A stretch of DNA of 64,000 nucleotides from Vicugna vicugna (lineage: Eukaryota), in the NCBI GenBank assembly GCA_013265495.1, contig MU061579.1, positions 2,539,319 to 2,603,318 on the forward strand, read 5' to 3'. Below the pieces are notes generated by a model. It was given only the letters and a program-made list of their open reading frames with translations. It was not told the origin of the DNA and made no database searches. Of this stretch, positions 25,153 to 36,580 are shown in pieces (positions within the stretch are counted from its first letter, which is position 1; every line of letters begins with the position of its first letter). Both the position numbers and the translations under genes were made by a program.

Positions 25153-25665
25153 CAGGCAAACTTCGGAGAGATCATGGGTTCAGTTCTATATCACTCCAAT
25201 AAAGTGAATATTGCAATAAACTGAGTCACACAAATTTTTGGGATTCCCAGTGCCTATAAGAGTTATGTTTATACTATGCTGTAGTCTATTAAGTGTACAC
25301 TAGCAACATGTCTAAAAAATGTACATGTCTTACTGAAAAACACTTTATTACTTAAAGAATGCTACTCATCATCTGAGCCTTCAGCAAGTTGTAGTAGTCA
25401 CATCAGAGATCACTAATCATGGATCATTGTAAAAAATATAATAATAATGAAACGGTTTGAAATATTGTGAGAATTACCAAAATGTGACACAGAGACATGA
25501 AGTGAGACAAACTGTTGGAAAAATGGCGCCCATAGACTTATTTGAGGCAGGGTTGCCACAAACCTTCAATTTGTGAAAACAAAAGCAAACAAGCAAAAAA
25601 CCCCTCAATATCTTCAAAGCACAATATAGCCAAGTGACCAAGTGCAATAAAATGAAATGTGCCTA
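25153..25665 (-). mobile_element. Internally deleted Tigger1 derivative (Tigger1a-like, TcMar)
   Basis: TA|CAGGCAAACTTCGGAGA left TIR; GGGTTGCCACAAACCTTCAATTTGT and GCAATAAAATGAAATGTGCCT right TIR. Both Tigger1 ends are joined in ~510 bp. Confidence 0.9.
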
Positions 25666-25921
25666 AAGACAGTCTAGCCACTGCAGCCCTTTGGCCATGG
25701 TCCTAGGAGTCCAGTGACTCAAAGACTCCTGTGCTGCTGAGTGATATCCCCGTAGAGGTAAACCTTCTCAGATTCCTCTCTCCCCTGAAGGCTCCCTTGC
25801 CCCTTCTTTCCTTCTGGATGGTGGCCCTTGTCTTAGCTTCTGGACAATGTTGCACTGTGAGGGACCTGATAAAGTCCCTGTGTGTCCCTGACTCTTATAT
25901 ATAATACTCCTTGATCAGCCC

Positions 25922-26277
25922 TATTAAAAAATAAATTGAGGCATATTACAAATTCTAAGAGTTTACTTGTGCAGAATTTGACTCTAATGGGGCAGTTCCA
26001 AACCTGAAGTGGTTGGATGTGATCTGCTGACAACAGCCAGGAAAAAGATCTATAGACAAGCTGGAGAAGCAAAGAAAGGAAATTAATAGATTGGCTAGAG
26101 CTCAAATGGTTGCCTCTTTTGGGAAAGTCTAGTGGGTTGTTAGTGATAGGTTGTCCTTAGGTTTTGATTTCTTGACTTTGAGGCATTTACAGACTTAGGT
26201 TTGGGTTTGCCTTCTGAGGCCACTAAAGCCTTATGGCCACTAGAGTCTAATGATTTCCTTGTATAACTAATTTGATA
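25922..26277 (-). mobile_element. ERV1-class solo LTR with 4-bp TSD
   Basis: Decayed TG..CA ends (TATTAAA...TTTGATA), flanked by GCCC at 25918-25921 and 26278-26281; internal GATTGGCT CCAAT box on the minus strand. Confidence 0.65.
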
Positions 26278-26469
26278 GCCCCAAATGCCTCAAACACCTA
26301 CAGTTTCCCATCTCAACAACAAGGAGTTCTTGAATTCTAAAGTCTTCAACATTGCACCTCCATCCATAGTGAGTTATCTGCTAGGGAAGCAGAACTATCT
26401 TCTGAAATACATATTTAAACTATTGAGAGAAGTTATTATGATGTAAGTATTTATAATATTGGTATTTAC

Positions 26470-26650
26470 CATTAAGTGAATTTTGCCAAATGCTAGACAC
26501 TTGACAGTGCAGTTTGCAAATATCACAATTTAATTTTTATGTTAATAAAACAAGGCAGGTGCTATTATTTATATTTTACATATAACAAAAATGAGATTTA
26601 GAAATTTATTTTAGTTGCCTCAAACAAGATAAAGTATTAAACCCAGGTAG
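26470..26650 (-). mobile_element. MIR SINE (degraded)
   Basis: AGGCAGGTGCTATTATTTATATTTTACATATAACAAAAATGAGATTTAGA. Confidence 0.55.
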
Positions 26651-28234
26651 GTGATGATAAAATTTAACATTTTTTTCTTCCACTATCCTGTGTTGTTCCT
26701 GTGTTGGCTTTTATTCTTTTTATAATCCTGCTTGGCTTTGTAGTGTTTCACCATTATAAGCTATGTCTTGCCATTTTTAATTGTCCATAGTACTATCTAA
26801 TGTTTTCACCTTCACTTATGATAAAAAGAAAATATTGCATTGATCCTGCAGAAAATAGCCATTAGTCTTGTTTTTGTCCTCACATTTTATTTAATATTGT
26901 GTCCAAAAATAATTCTCTTTAAATTGGCTTTCAGGTAATCAAATTCTCAGTGATTATAAATACAAATTTTGTCCACATCTGGAATGAATGATAAATAAAT
27001 ATGTTACAACAAATGAAAGCATACAGGTGTCGGTGTCCTAACAGGGTGTACCTTGCAGATGTTTACACCAGGAACGCACTGAAGTCATTTTCTTTCTTTA
27101 ATATTTTCACTGATGTAACTGGGTCACTTACTTGCTAGACCATGCTTAGCAATGAAATATGTTCTTTTGTAACAGATGCAAGTGAAAACTGGAGGAGTCA
27201 AATAACCAGAAATTTAGCAGCTTGCCAGCTGGGGAGACGAGCAGAGAGGGACATGCATCTGCAAATGGTCACAGTCCTTGGGCCCAGGAAAGGCTGATGG
27301 AATGCGGTTCTTTCAAAGTCCAGACAAAATTTAGTAACTATGCAGGGAAGACTTAGCCCTATGTGGTGGCTGAATGAATCACACTTAACTAAAACCTAGT
27401 GAGGCTGAGAGAGACACCAAAGTGACACTGCTGTCATGTGTATCAGAATGTCTTTGTCACCAAATGCCAAGGGGGAAGACCCGTATAATCAATAAGAAAC
27501 TATGTCTTGGATTTTCTATGAGCATTCAAGTATACAGGGATAAGAAATATAAAAAATGGGTAATGAACACTTCTTAGGAAGTAGTTTCATGGGAATTAAA
27601 AATTATGTATGGAGCAAAAACTCAAAGTAAGGGGAATTGGTTGTGCTGAATGCTTACTGGTATCGGGTTAAGTTAGCTAGCCAGAGCCGTCTGATGACAT
27701 GTACTATCTTGTCACTATGGGAAGTGATGTTTACTGACTCCTGTGATTGATATTCAGGTCTGTCCTTGCGGTAATCTGGGCACTAGAATTGGAAATATTC
27801 GCGTTCCCATAAGTAATGCACATAAAACATCCAGTCTCTTAGCCAATGGCCGAATTAAGCACTGAATTTAAGTGTCACTGATTCTCTCCATGGGCTCCCT
27901 TTTTGATAAAACAAATCGTTCAGTTATATATTGGCATTTTCAAGAGTCCTACTGCCCAGAGACTCTCTCCCTTCCTTTGGTTTTATAACAAGATTTAATT
28001 CTCCAAGGGAAATATCATCTTCCTTATTTCCTAGCTTTAAGAGCAACTTGCCAGACCCCACCCTCTAATCCTAACCAAACTACTGCTGTGATCCACTATA
28101 CAGTGACAAAGTGTCTCATGTAATTACTCATGTAGTGAGTGATAGAGACAGGAATCTTCTGAGGAAACTCATAGACCATTTACGTCACTTTTTAAATGAC
28201 TTATTAAATAGACCATTACGTCACTGCCTTGGTA

Positions 28235-28380
28235 GACTTAAATGAATTCTACCTGTCTGTTTTTTATCTCCCTTCTTGGCACATAAACTTCTTGTTATTA
28301 CTCATTTTCTATTTCCCAGAATATCTAGCACCATGTGAGGCTCTGGGTATACACTCAATAAATGGTTGTGGAACTAAACT
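28235..28380 (+). mobile_element. L2 3' terminus
   Basis: TTCCCAGAATATCTAGCACCATGTGAGGC...CACTCAATAAATGGTTGTGGAA. Confidence 0.7.
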
Positions 28381-29719
28381 GAAAATCAGCTGAACCATTA
28401 TTAGCCATTGCCAAAAAGCTGAATGGAGGGGAAGACATGTACTTTACCATATTTTTCATATTTCATAAAAGCACAGATGGAATATTATGCAGAGTTCAAT
28501 GTAGGTAGGATGATCTTAATTCAGAAAATATGGATGAGGCATACTCTTACTATTTTCTTTTGCTACTAAGAAGGGGAGATATTTATTATTTGGAGTTTCA
28601 GGGTATGTACAGCTTTCAAACTTCAATCTACAAAATGTCTTAAAAATATACATAACATTTTAGGAATATGTGTCTCCATAAAAAGTCTTGTTTCAAGTTC
28701 CATATGTTTTCATGAAATTGGTTTGCAAAATATATGAAACTGAATATAAAAAAGGTTGCAATAAACATACTTTCTTTCACAGAGATTTTTCTTTGTGATC
28801 ATAGAAGGTAACATAGCATTGAAACATTGAGAACCAAGAAAGGGACAAAGATTTAAGTTGAAAACCTTTTGATTATGTTAACCATTAGATTTGCAGAGTG
28901 AGAAGTATGATAAATGACTGCCATCCAGTTTTATCCACAGTTGACCTTTTATATGTGATGCAAGAAAATTCGGAAGAAGCCGACTTCCAAAAAGTACAGC
29001 TCACTGCCAGAAAATTTGAATTTCATTTCCTGAAATGTCATTGGAATAAAGCACATCTTCATTGTTAAAGGGTTTTTCATTGTAGCTGGACAAACGTGCT
29101 AGTGTGTGACATTCAGCAAAAATAACCTCTGATGTTTCAGATCTGGTTTCAAAAACCACGACATCCAGCAATGGGCAAAGGGGAGTTGTATCATCTCATC
29201 TGCCATGAAGAAACCCCCAGAATCTTGTTCCATGGGGAAATCAGGTCACTGGAGCTAACTACTAGAGCCACAGAAAATTTAATAAAAGCCTCAGCGACAG
29301 CAAGAGGTTCTCAAGGTGAGGTGGTGCTATATTTTTATTACCTTAACTGTGCTTGCATAATAAAACCATTACAGAGCCACAGTCAATACTGTAAATCATA
29401 TATTCTCACCTATAAAAGTTCATAATGAACTGAGTATAAATATCAGCAAAATATACAAAGAACAAAACCACTCAAATACATACCGCATATTAAGGAAGAC
29501 TGAAGGCAATTTTTGACTTCTCTGTCAGCTTAAAATGCTGTTGCCAGCAGGAGAAACCCAGTGATGAAAATTAACAGAGAGTCAACTGATGGCTGGAAAG
29601 CAGTGTAGTCTCATTTAGTAACCCTGTCACTACCTTAGAGCAAATTGTACCCTTTTTTAGAATATTGGATTTATCAAATTTCTTTTTTGTTATTGTATGT
29701 ATTCACTTCAGAGTCACTG

Positions 29720-30232
29720 AAGCAGATGCACTTTGTTGCCCGTCCGATAGCTCTCTCCTCCATTATTTCTCATTTACACAACCCTGAATTTTTCAAGAAT
29801 CTATCCCACTAGATTGTGACCCTGTCCTTCTTTCAGGGATCAATCCTGATGAATCCATTATAATCAAGTAATTATATTTCTCTTGCCTGTAGTAAGTTTA
29901 GGAATGGGTATGGAATCAGATTTGCTCAAGGTCATGTATAGAGACCCTTCTTGGATGACCCGTATAAATATGATAGAAGCCCTGAGCCCAGCAGGCCCGA
30001 GGTCCTTGGCAGCCATTTTGTAACCATGAGTGGAACACATTTTTAGAATAAGCCAACATATGAGGTTGGCATAAAGACAATAGAAAGAAACTAAGTCCTT
30101 GATAATGTTAGTAAACTGCTGAATTAACATACCTTTGAATTTTTTTTAATGTGAGATAATACATTTTCTTAATGTTTAAATTAGTTAAGTTGTGGTTTTC
30201 TATCACTTGCAGTTGAAATCAACCTCATTGAT
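29720..30232 (+). mobile_element. Old MaLR LTR (MLT1J-like)
   Basis: GGCAGCCATTTTGTAACCATGAG, GTCCTTGATAATGTT, ATGTGAGATAATACATT and GTTTTCTATCACTTGCAGTTGAAA. Confidence 0.75.
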
Positions 30233-32204
30233 AGAAACAATCAAATTTTTCAGGGGGAAATGACAATCTATAGAAAATGCTAATTTCAAAGACAATTATT
30301 TAACAATTGTCATTGGAATGTGTGCTATCCTATTTCACAAAGTAAGTAGAAGACAGTGATAACTAGGCCCATTTGAGTTATATGGTCAAATAAATTTACA
30401 TTATATAGATCCCACAGTATTTTCTATAGAAAGTATCTTTACATAATACATTGTTCAAAATTTTATTAATTCTTAATAGATTTTTAGTTTATGGAAAACC
30501 AGAAAAATGGCATAGAATTTGAGAAAATAAATACTAAAACATTTTAAAATAGAATTTTGAGAAAACTTTTTTTTTCATTTTAGACATATCAGTGTTGGCA
30601 TTATTCCCTCAATTCTTAATTTCCATGGATTAAATAAAAGGATTATCTTGAGTTCTGTAGAACTTTTGCCCAATTAAGACTTTTATAAGTGATGCACAAT
30701 TTCTTTTTAATCATGTTTTTAGAGCTACAAACTTGCATGGTTTTAACAAGTAAATTACCAACATACTATACTATAGTTTCATTTTTATTCATGTTTAGGA
30801 ATCTTGATAACAATAAGCCCCTAAATCAGACATTGCCTAACCATGAAATTTCTCAGACTAATTACATGAAGTTGTCAGTTGAAGTCACAGCCTTTGTAAC
30901 CAAGAAATTACCAAGGACATAACCCGAGATGGATTTGTTTTCTTTTAGCCTATAATTTTCTTACATCATTTTCAGTTATAATATTAAAAATGACAAATAT
31001 GCTAAAAAAGAAAAACAATTTATTTTTCTAGATACAATAGTTTATAGCATTATTCAGAAGTTGATTTTTACATTTCTGATTAGATGTTTTCTGTTGATGT
31101 TACTGTGCCTAAGATGATGCCATGTCTGTAGACCTAAAGGAATATATGTTGTGTTCATATAAATAATATACCTAGTAGTCTTAATTTAATATTTCAACTT
31201 TTTGAAACTTTTTAAAGGCAAAGAATTGGTAGACTCTTCCATTAATTGAATTATATTGAGAATTAATTATATTGAGTTAATTATTAGTATTAACTATAAT
31301 TACATATGTATTATATCTCCAGCTATCTACCTGGCTATCTCAGACATGTTAAATGCTGAGAAACTAAATATATAATTTCAAAACATATGAGAGAACTCAT
31401 CAACTTAGGAATGAAAAAAACAAGCAAAAAATTAAAAGTGATAAACAATATGATAATCACAATCACTATAAATAAGCCAATGCAATGTCTTATGTCTCAC
31501 TTTGATTTATAAAGTAACAGGGGCTGGGAGTTAGGGAGGGGGTTGTACTTTGATAGGTTTTGAAGAGAAGACCCAGCTGTGGAAATGGTTATTTCTGGGG
31601 CCCAGATGATATAAAGGAGATCATGCAGGAGCGGAGGAATTGATCTAGGATGTGTGATCAGCACATCCAGAGACCTTGAAGCTGGAGAGGGCTTGGTTCA
31701 CCTGAACATAAAGGAGTCCAGGGTGGATGAATCACAGTTCTTATACTTCTATTAGAATCTCAATGCCTCTCTCTCTCTGTCATGCTCGCTCTTTCATTAT
31801 AGAAATAAATAAATGCAAGCCATACCAGTCTAGGTTTCCTATTTTTGTAATAACTGTATGGTTGAGGTGTCACGTTGAAATGAAGAGTGACTAGGGCTGG
31901 GCCAAGGGCATTTAGCTCCAGGCACTTCTAATCAAGCTCCAAATGCATGACCCCTTTCCCATCTGATGCTTTCTCTTATGTCGGCCTTTCCCATTACTCT
32001 TGCATCCATGTTTAAATTTATAACCTAAGTTATGTTTTTCTCTATGAGGCTTGCCAGGATTTTTTCCAGTGCATACCTTGAGGAAAAAAGGGTTTTTTAA
32101 GTATGGTTCAGATTTGAGTCCAAAATGAGATATGGACAAGATCTTACCTGTCACAACCTGACAAATAGTATTTGGCACTGTGGTTTTTATTATTTCAAAG
32201 AGAG

Positions 32205-32420
32205 TATTAAATGCACCAGTTTTGGAGTTAGATGTGCCTGTGTTTGAATTCTGCTTATGTCCCTCAGTTGCTGGGCGACCTTGTACAGGTTATTAGATCT
32301 CTACCTGTATTTTCTTCATCTTTATATAATTGTCTAATAGCTACTGTGCAGGGGATGTATAACTAAAATGCCCAGTTTAGTACTTATTATAGAGACAAGG
32401 CTCAGGATATGGTAGCAATT
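32205..32420 (+). mobile_element. MIR SINE
   Basis: TTTGGAGTTAGATGTGCCTGTGTTTGAATTCTGC...GACCTTGTACAGGTTA. Confidence 0.7.
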
Positions 32421-33009
32421 GCTTATCTTGGCTATTCATCCATTTTTTTTTCTAGACTATCCTGCAATTCCCCCAGGGCTTTTTCTCAATGTTTCAGTAG
32501 GTGTTCCATTTCATAATAGCCAGGATATTTCAGCAATCCAATAAATGCTCTAAAAACATACTTTTTTTTTCCAATAAAATTACTGGAATCCATTGGAATA
32601 TTAAGCAAATTGTTGATTCTTTCCAGGGAAGGGTGGAAACAAGTAAGACAAGTGGCCAAAAAATAATTTTAAGCATACAAATCAGAACTTTAATTCTATT
32701 AATTATTCAGTAAAAAGTTATTAAGTATCTATGCATCTAGAAAACGATTATTGTGTAAAATTATTACAAAAATCTACTTGTTTCAGGTGAAATCACAACA
32801 GAGTAATGATGGACTTTTAGAACATGTGTAAAAGTGTTTATTCCTTGATTTAAGAAATATAATTGAGCACCTATGTGAACTCTGTATTGAGTAAACTACC
32901 ATGACCTTGATTAAGGATGCATTCTGGTGGGGAAGAGCCCACCAGAATGGGCTGTCTATCTGTCTGTCTATCTCATCCCCCCTTGGTTGAGACACAAATT
33001 TTGGTTGGC

Positions 33010-34548
33010 AGAGCTTTATATTATTAGGAAATTGGTTACAAGCGTGGGCTAAGGTTGAATAAATATGTAAAGTGATTGAAGATAAGCAAAGCCAGGTTTC
33101 TCATGGAAAAGGAGTTACTACACAGACGTGGAGGGGGAGGAGGGGCAAAAATAAACCTTGTCCTGTTGAATTTGAACTGGAGGTATCCATGAGAAATCAT
33201 GGTTTTAGATGGATCTATTGATGGCTGGATAGATATAAATAAGTGTGTGTGTGTGTGTGTGTGCGCGCGCACGCAGATATTCACTTAGGATATGTATTTT
33301 CTTTCTCTGTCAATTCGGAGAACTTAGAAGCAATGAAACCTCTGTAGCAATGTTCACACTTAGCACTTTGACCTTGTTTTTTAAATGCTATTCTCGACTA
33401 AAACAAACCAAGACTCTTTGGAGAAACAGCTGTTTCAGAACTAGAGAGGGAGAACAGCAGAAGCTAAGGAATGGCTCTCACAAAAAAATTAGATTAAAAA
33501 GACACAAAAACTGGCTTGAAGAGAGTTCCATTGACCCAATTTGGGACAATTTAAGCATCAAAATAATGCAATGTAGTAACAAATCATAACTCACTGTATG
33601 AAATAAGAATCTCAAAGGTCATACAAATACAGATTTAAAAAGAAACAAATACATAAATACAATTTTAAAAGGAGAAGGGAATGCTTTACTATACAATGGA
33701 ATAATAATGAATAAATATAATTAATGGCACGATTAGGAAACTATTGTTTGGAAATTATCATAGTAATAATTGTTTCAGGCAAGTAATAAGCAATGTTAAA
33801 TCAAAGGGATAAAATTTTTATAAAGAAAAATGTATTTTCTCAAAATGTATTTCATAAAATAGTTATCAATTATTTACCAGTTAGTAAGTACAAAACAATT
33901 TTTAACTTTATAGTGGAGAAACTTTACAGACACTCTCATGCTTCAGAGATAAAAGTTAATCTTACCAACCATAGGACAGAGCAGCATTTGTGTCTCTTGT
34001 GTGATGCATTGAAAAGAACTCAGCAGCACCTCAATGATTTTCCTGATAAAAATACTAGATCTGGACATAACTGTGAGGAAGCATCACATCAACTTGAATT
34101 GAGGGACATTCTACAAAGTGACTGGCCTGTAGATTTCAAAAATGTGAAGATAACAAATGAGAAGGAAAGAGTGAAGACCTGTTCTGTATTGAATAAAACT
34201 AAAGAGAATGATACCACGTATAGCATGTGATGATGGATTAGATCCTGGACCTATGGGGGAAAATGACAGGCATGTTTAAATGGATTTGATTGAAATGTAT
34301 CATTGTTAATTTCCTGATTGGATTGTTCTGTTGTGTAGGAGAGTGCTGTTGTATGAAATATCCATTGAACTATGAAGGGATAAGGGGGCATCAGGTTGGT
34401 AAGTGACTCTCAAATGGTTCAGGGAAGAATTATGTATAAATATAGATGAGGGAATAATAAGGTAAAATGTGATAAAATGTTAACAATTGGGGAATCTGGT
34501 TAAAGGGTATGTGGAAATTATTTGTCCTATGTTAATAACTTTTTAAAA
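33010..34548 (+). mobile_element. Old L1 (L1MC/L1ME-type) 3' UTR
   Basis: GAGGGACATTCTACAAAGTGACTGGCCTGTA, GGATTAGATCCTGGAC and GGGGAATCTGGTTAAAGGGTAT; the tail appears to resume at ~35325-35360. Confidence 0.8.
33243..33275. repeat. (TG)n(CG)n alternating purine-pyrimidine tract
   Basis: GTGTGTGTGTGTGTGTGTGTGCGCGCGCACGCA. Confidence 0.95.
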
Positions 34549-35320
34549 AATAGAGTTTATTTTCTGGAGCCATCTTAGGTTCACAGTAAAATTGGGCAGA
34601 AAGTACAGAGAATTTGCATATACTCCCTGCACAACCTCCCTGCATCACCACCCCCCACTAGAGGGGTACATTTGTTACAATGGCAGACCTACACTGACAG
34701 ATTGTTATCACCCAAAGTCCAGACTTTCCATTGGGTGTACTTTATGTCACCTTCAATCTTGGTGTTCCAGTCCATCGGTTTTTGACAAATGTCTGACATG
34801 TATCTACCATAATACTATCATTCAGAATAGTTTCATTGACCTAAGAATTATCTATTTTCTGCCTATTTATCTCACCATTCCCCAAAATCTCTGACAACCA
34901 CTCATTTTTTTTACTGTCTCCACAGTTTTGCCTTTTCCACAATGTCATGTAATTGGAATCATACAATTTGCAGCCTTTTCAGATTGGCTTTTTATTCCTA
35001 ATCACATGCATTTAAAGTTCCTCTATGTTTTTTCTTGGCTTAATAGCTCATTTCTTTTTGGAGCTGAATAATACTCCACTACCTGGATATGCCATAGTTT
35101 ATTGATCTATTCACTAACTGAAAAACCTCTTGGTTGCATCCAAGTGTTGGCAATTATGAATAAAACTGCTATGAACATCTGTGTGCAGGTTTGGTGTAAA
35201 TACAAGTTTTTGACTTCTTTGGGTAAAAACCAAAGAGCATGGCTGGATCATATGGTAAAAGTATGTTTCGTTTTGCAAGAAACTGCCAAAGTGTCTCCAA
35301 AGTGGCTGTTTATTATAATT
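34549..35320 (-). mobile_element. L1 (L1MC1/L1MB-type) 3' region nested antisense in the older L1
   Basis: TTAGGTTCACAGTAAAATTGGGCAGAAAGTACAGAGA, GGAATCATACA, TTGGCAATTATGAATAAAACTGCTATGAACAT and GGCTGGATCATATGGTAA. Confidence 0.9.
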
Positions 35321-35479
35321 CCATAATAAATTTTATTTTATTTCTAAATAAAAAGTTAAAATCCCAAACAAAAGGAGGTAAGTGAACGAAAAAATTCACT
35401 AAAATATGATCATTATCATGAAGTAGACACACTAAAGGCCACATGGCAGTGGATATCTACTACAGAGAGATGCCAGGTG

Positions 35480-35690
35480 ACTGAGGAGGAAATAGCAATA
35501 CTGCTGAGCTCTGAGATATGAGGAGCTTAGCCACGTAAAAAGTAGAAGAGCCTCACAGAGAGAGGACCTAGCATACGCAAAGGGCCTGAGGCAGGAAAGA
35601 GGTAAGCATTTTTGAAGAAGTGAAAAGATTTAGTGCAGCTGGAGCCAGAACAAAACTGAAGTTGGAGAGAAAGGGAAGGCAATGATTAGA
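35480..35690 (-). mobile_element. L2 fragment
   Basis: GCATACGCAAAGGGCCTGAGGCAGGAAAGAG...GCAGCTGGAGC. Confidence 0.65.
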
Positions 35691-36219
35691 GCACAATGAA
35701 TGGGGTCAGTCCTCTAGCAGGTGGTGAGGTTAGACTGAGCCTGAGATGTTTCCTGCAATGACAACTTTGTTTGGTTTTTCCCTGTCCCCTATCTTGCTTC
35801 TTCCATACCCTTACATAGACCATTTACACTTGATTCCTTGGCTCACAGTAAGCTTTAGGGAGACCAGTAAGTCAAGCTTCCAACCCACTGCATAAAAATA
35901 TATAGATAGCAGTGATACAATATTATTTGGAGGTATCATTATAAAGTGTCAGAGGACATTACATGATTAATGAATCAGAGACTTCTTAATGTGAAGTCTA
36001 TAGTAAGCTGGCTAGAAGACATAGAGTCATACAATTTTACAACTGAGAGAAGCACCTTTGAAATCATCTAATGCAAGCTTCTCACTTTACCAATAAACTG
36101 AGGCTTGAGCAATTTGGGAATTCCTATCAAGTGCTTGTCAGAAAGGTCACATTTTATGACTCTCTAATCCTCTTTTTATGGAATATAGCCTAAGTAAGTC
36201 ATCATAAACTCAGTGATTT

Positions 36220-36580
36220 ACGTATAGAGATTTTCATCTCACTATTATATATAACAGTAGAAAACTTGGAAGCCATCTAAATGTCCAAAATATGAGAAAG
36301 GATAAATACATTACAGAATGTGTGTTGGCATATTTATTCATGTAACAAAATGGTACTCCAAAGGAATATTTAGGAGATGCAAAAAGGCTCCCAAGTTTAA
36401 GTGGAAGGAAAGGATGTAAACAGGCACACTCATTAGAAGAAAAGAATAGAAGAAATATATCAAAATATTAATGGTGGTTATCTCTAGGTGGGTGATTTAT
36501 ATTTTCTTTTTATACCATTATTCGTTTTCAAAACTTTCCAGAATAAGCATATATTACTTTTATCAGCATATATTAAAAAA
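36220..36580 (+). mobile_element. L1ME-type 3' fragment
   Basis: AAAACTTGGAAGCCATCTAAATGTCCA...AAATATATCAAAATATTAATGGTGGTTATCTCTAGGTGG. Confidence 0.7.

Larger units (their letters stand above)
24958..26302 (+). mobile_element. Probable old ERV LTR split by two later insertions (pieces ~24958-25152, 25666-25921, 26278-26302)
   Basis: Begins TGTTATAG and ends CCTACA; LTR-like pyrimidine-rich composition; family not recognised. Confidence 0.35.

Noticed and set aside
27692..27738. TGATGA...CTGA C/D snoRNA-like boxes
   Set aside because: Too short (~47 nt), imperfect C box, no convincing terminal stem.
33793..34230. 145-aa ORF
   Set aside because: Lies in an old L1 3' UTR; a chance open frame.
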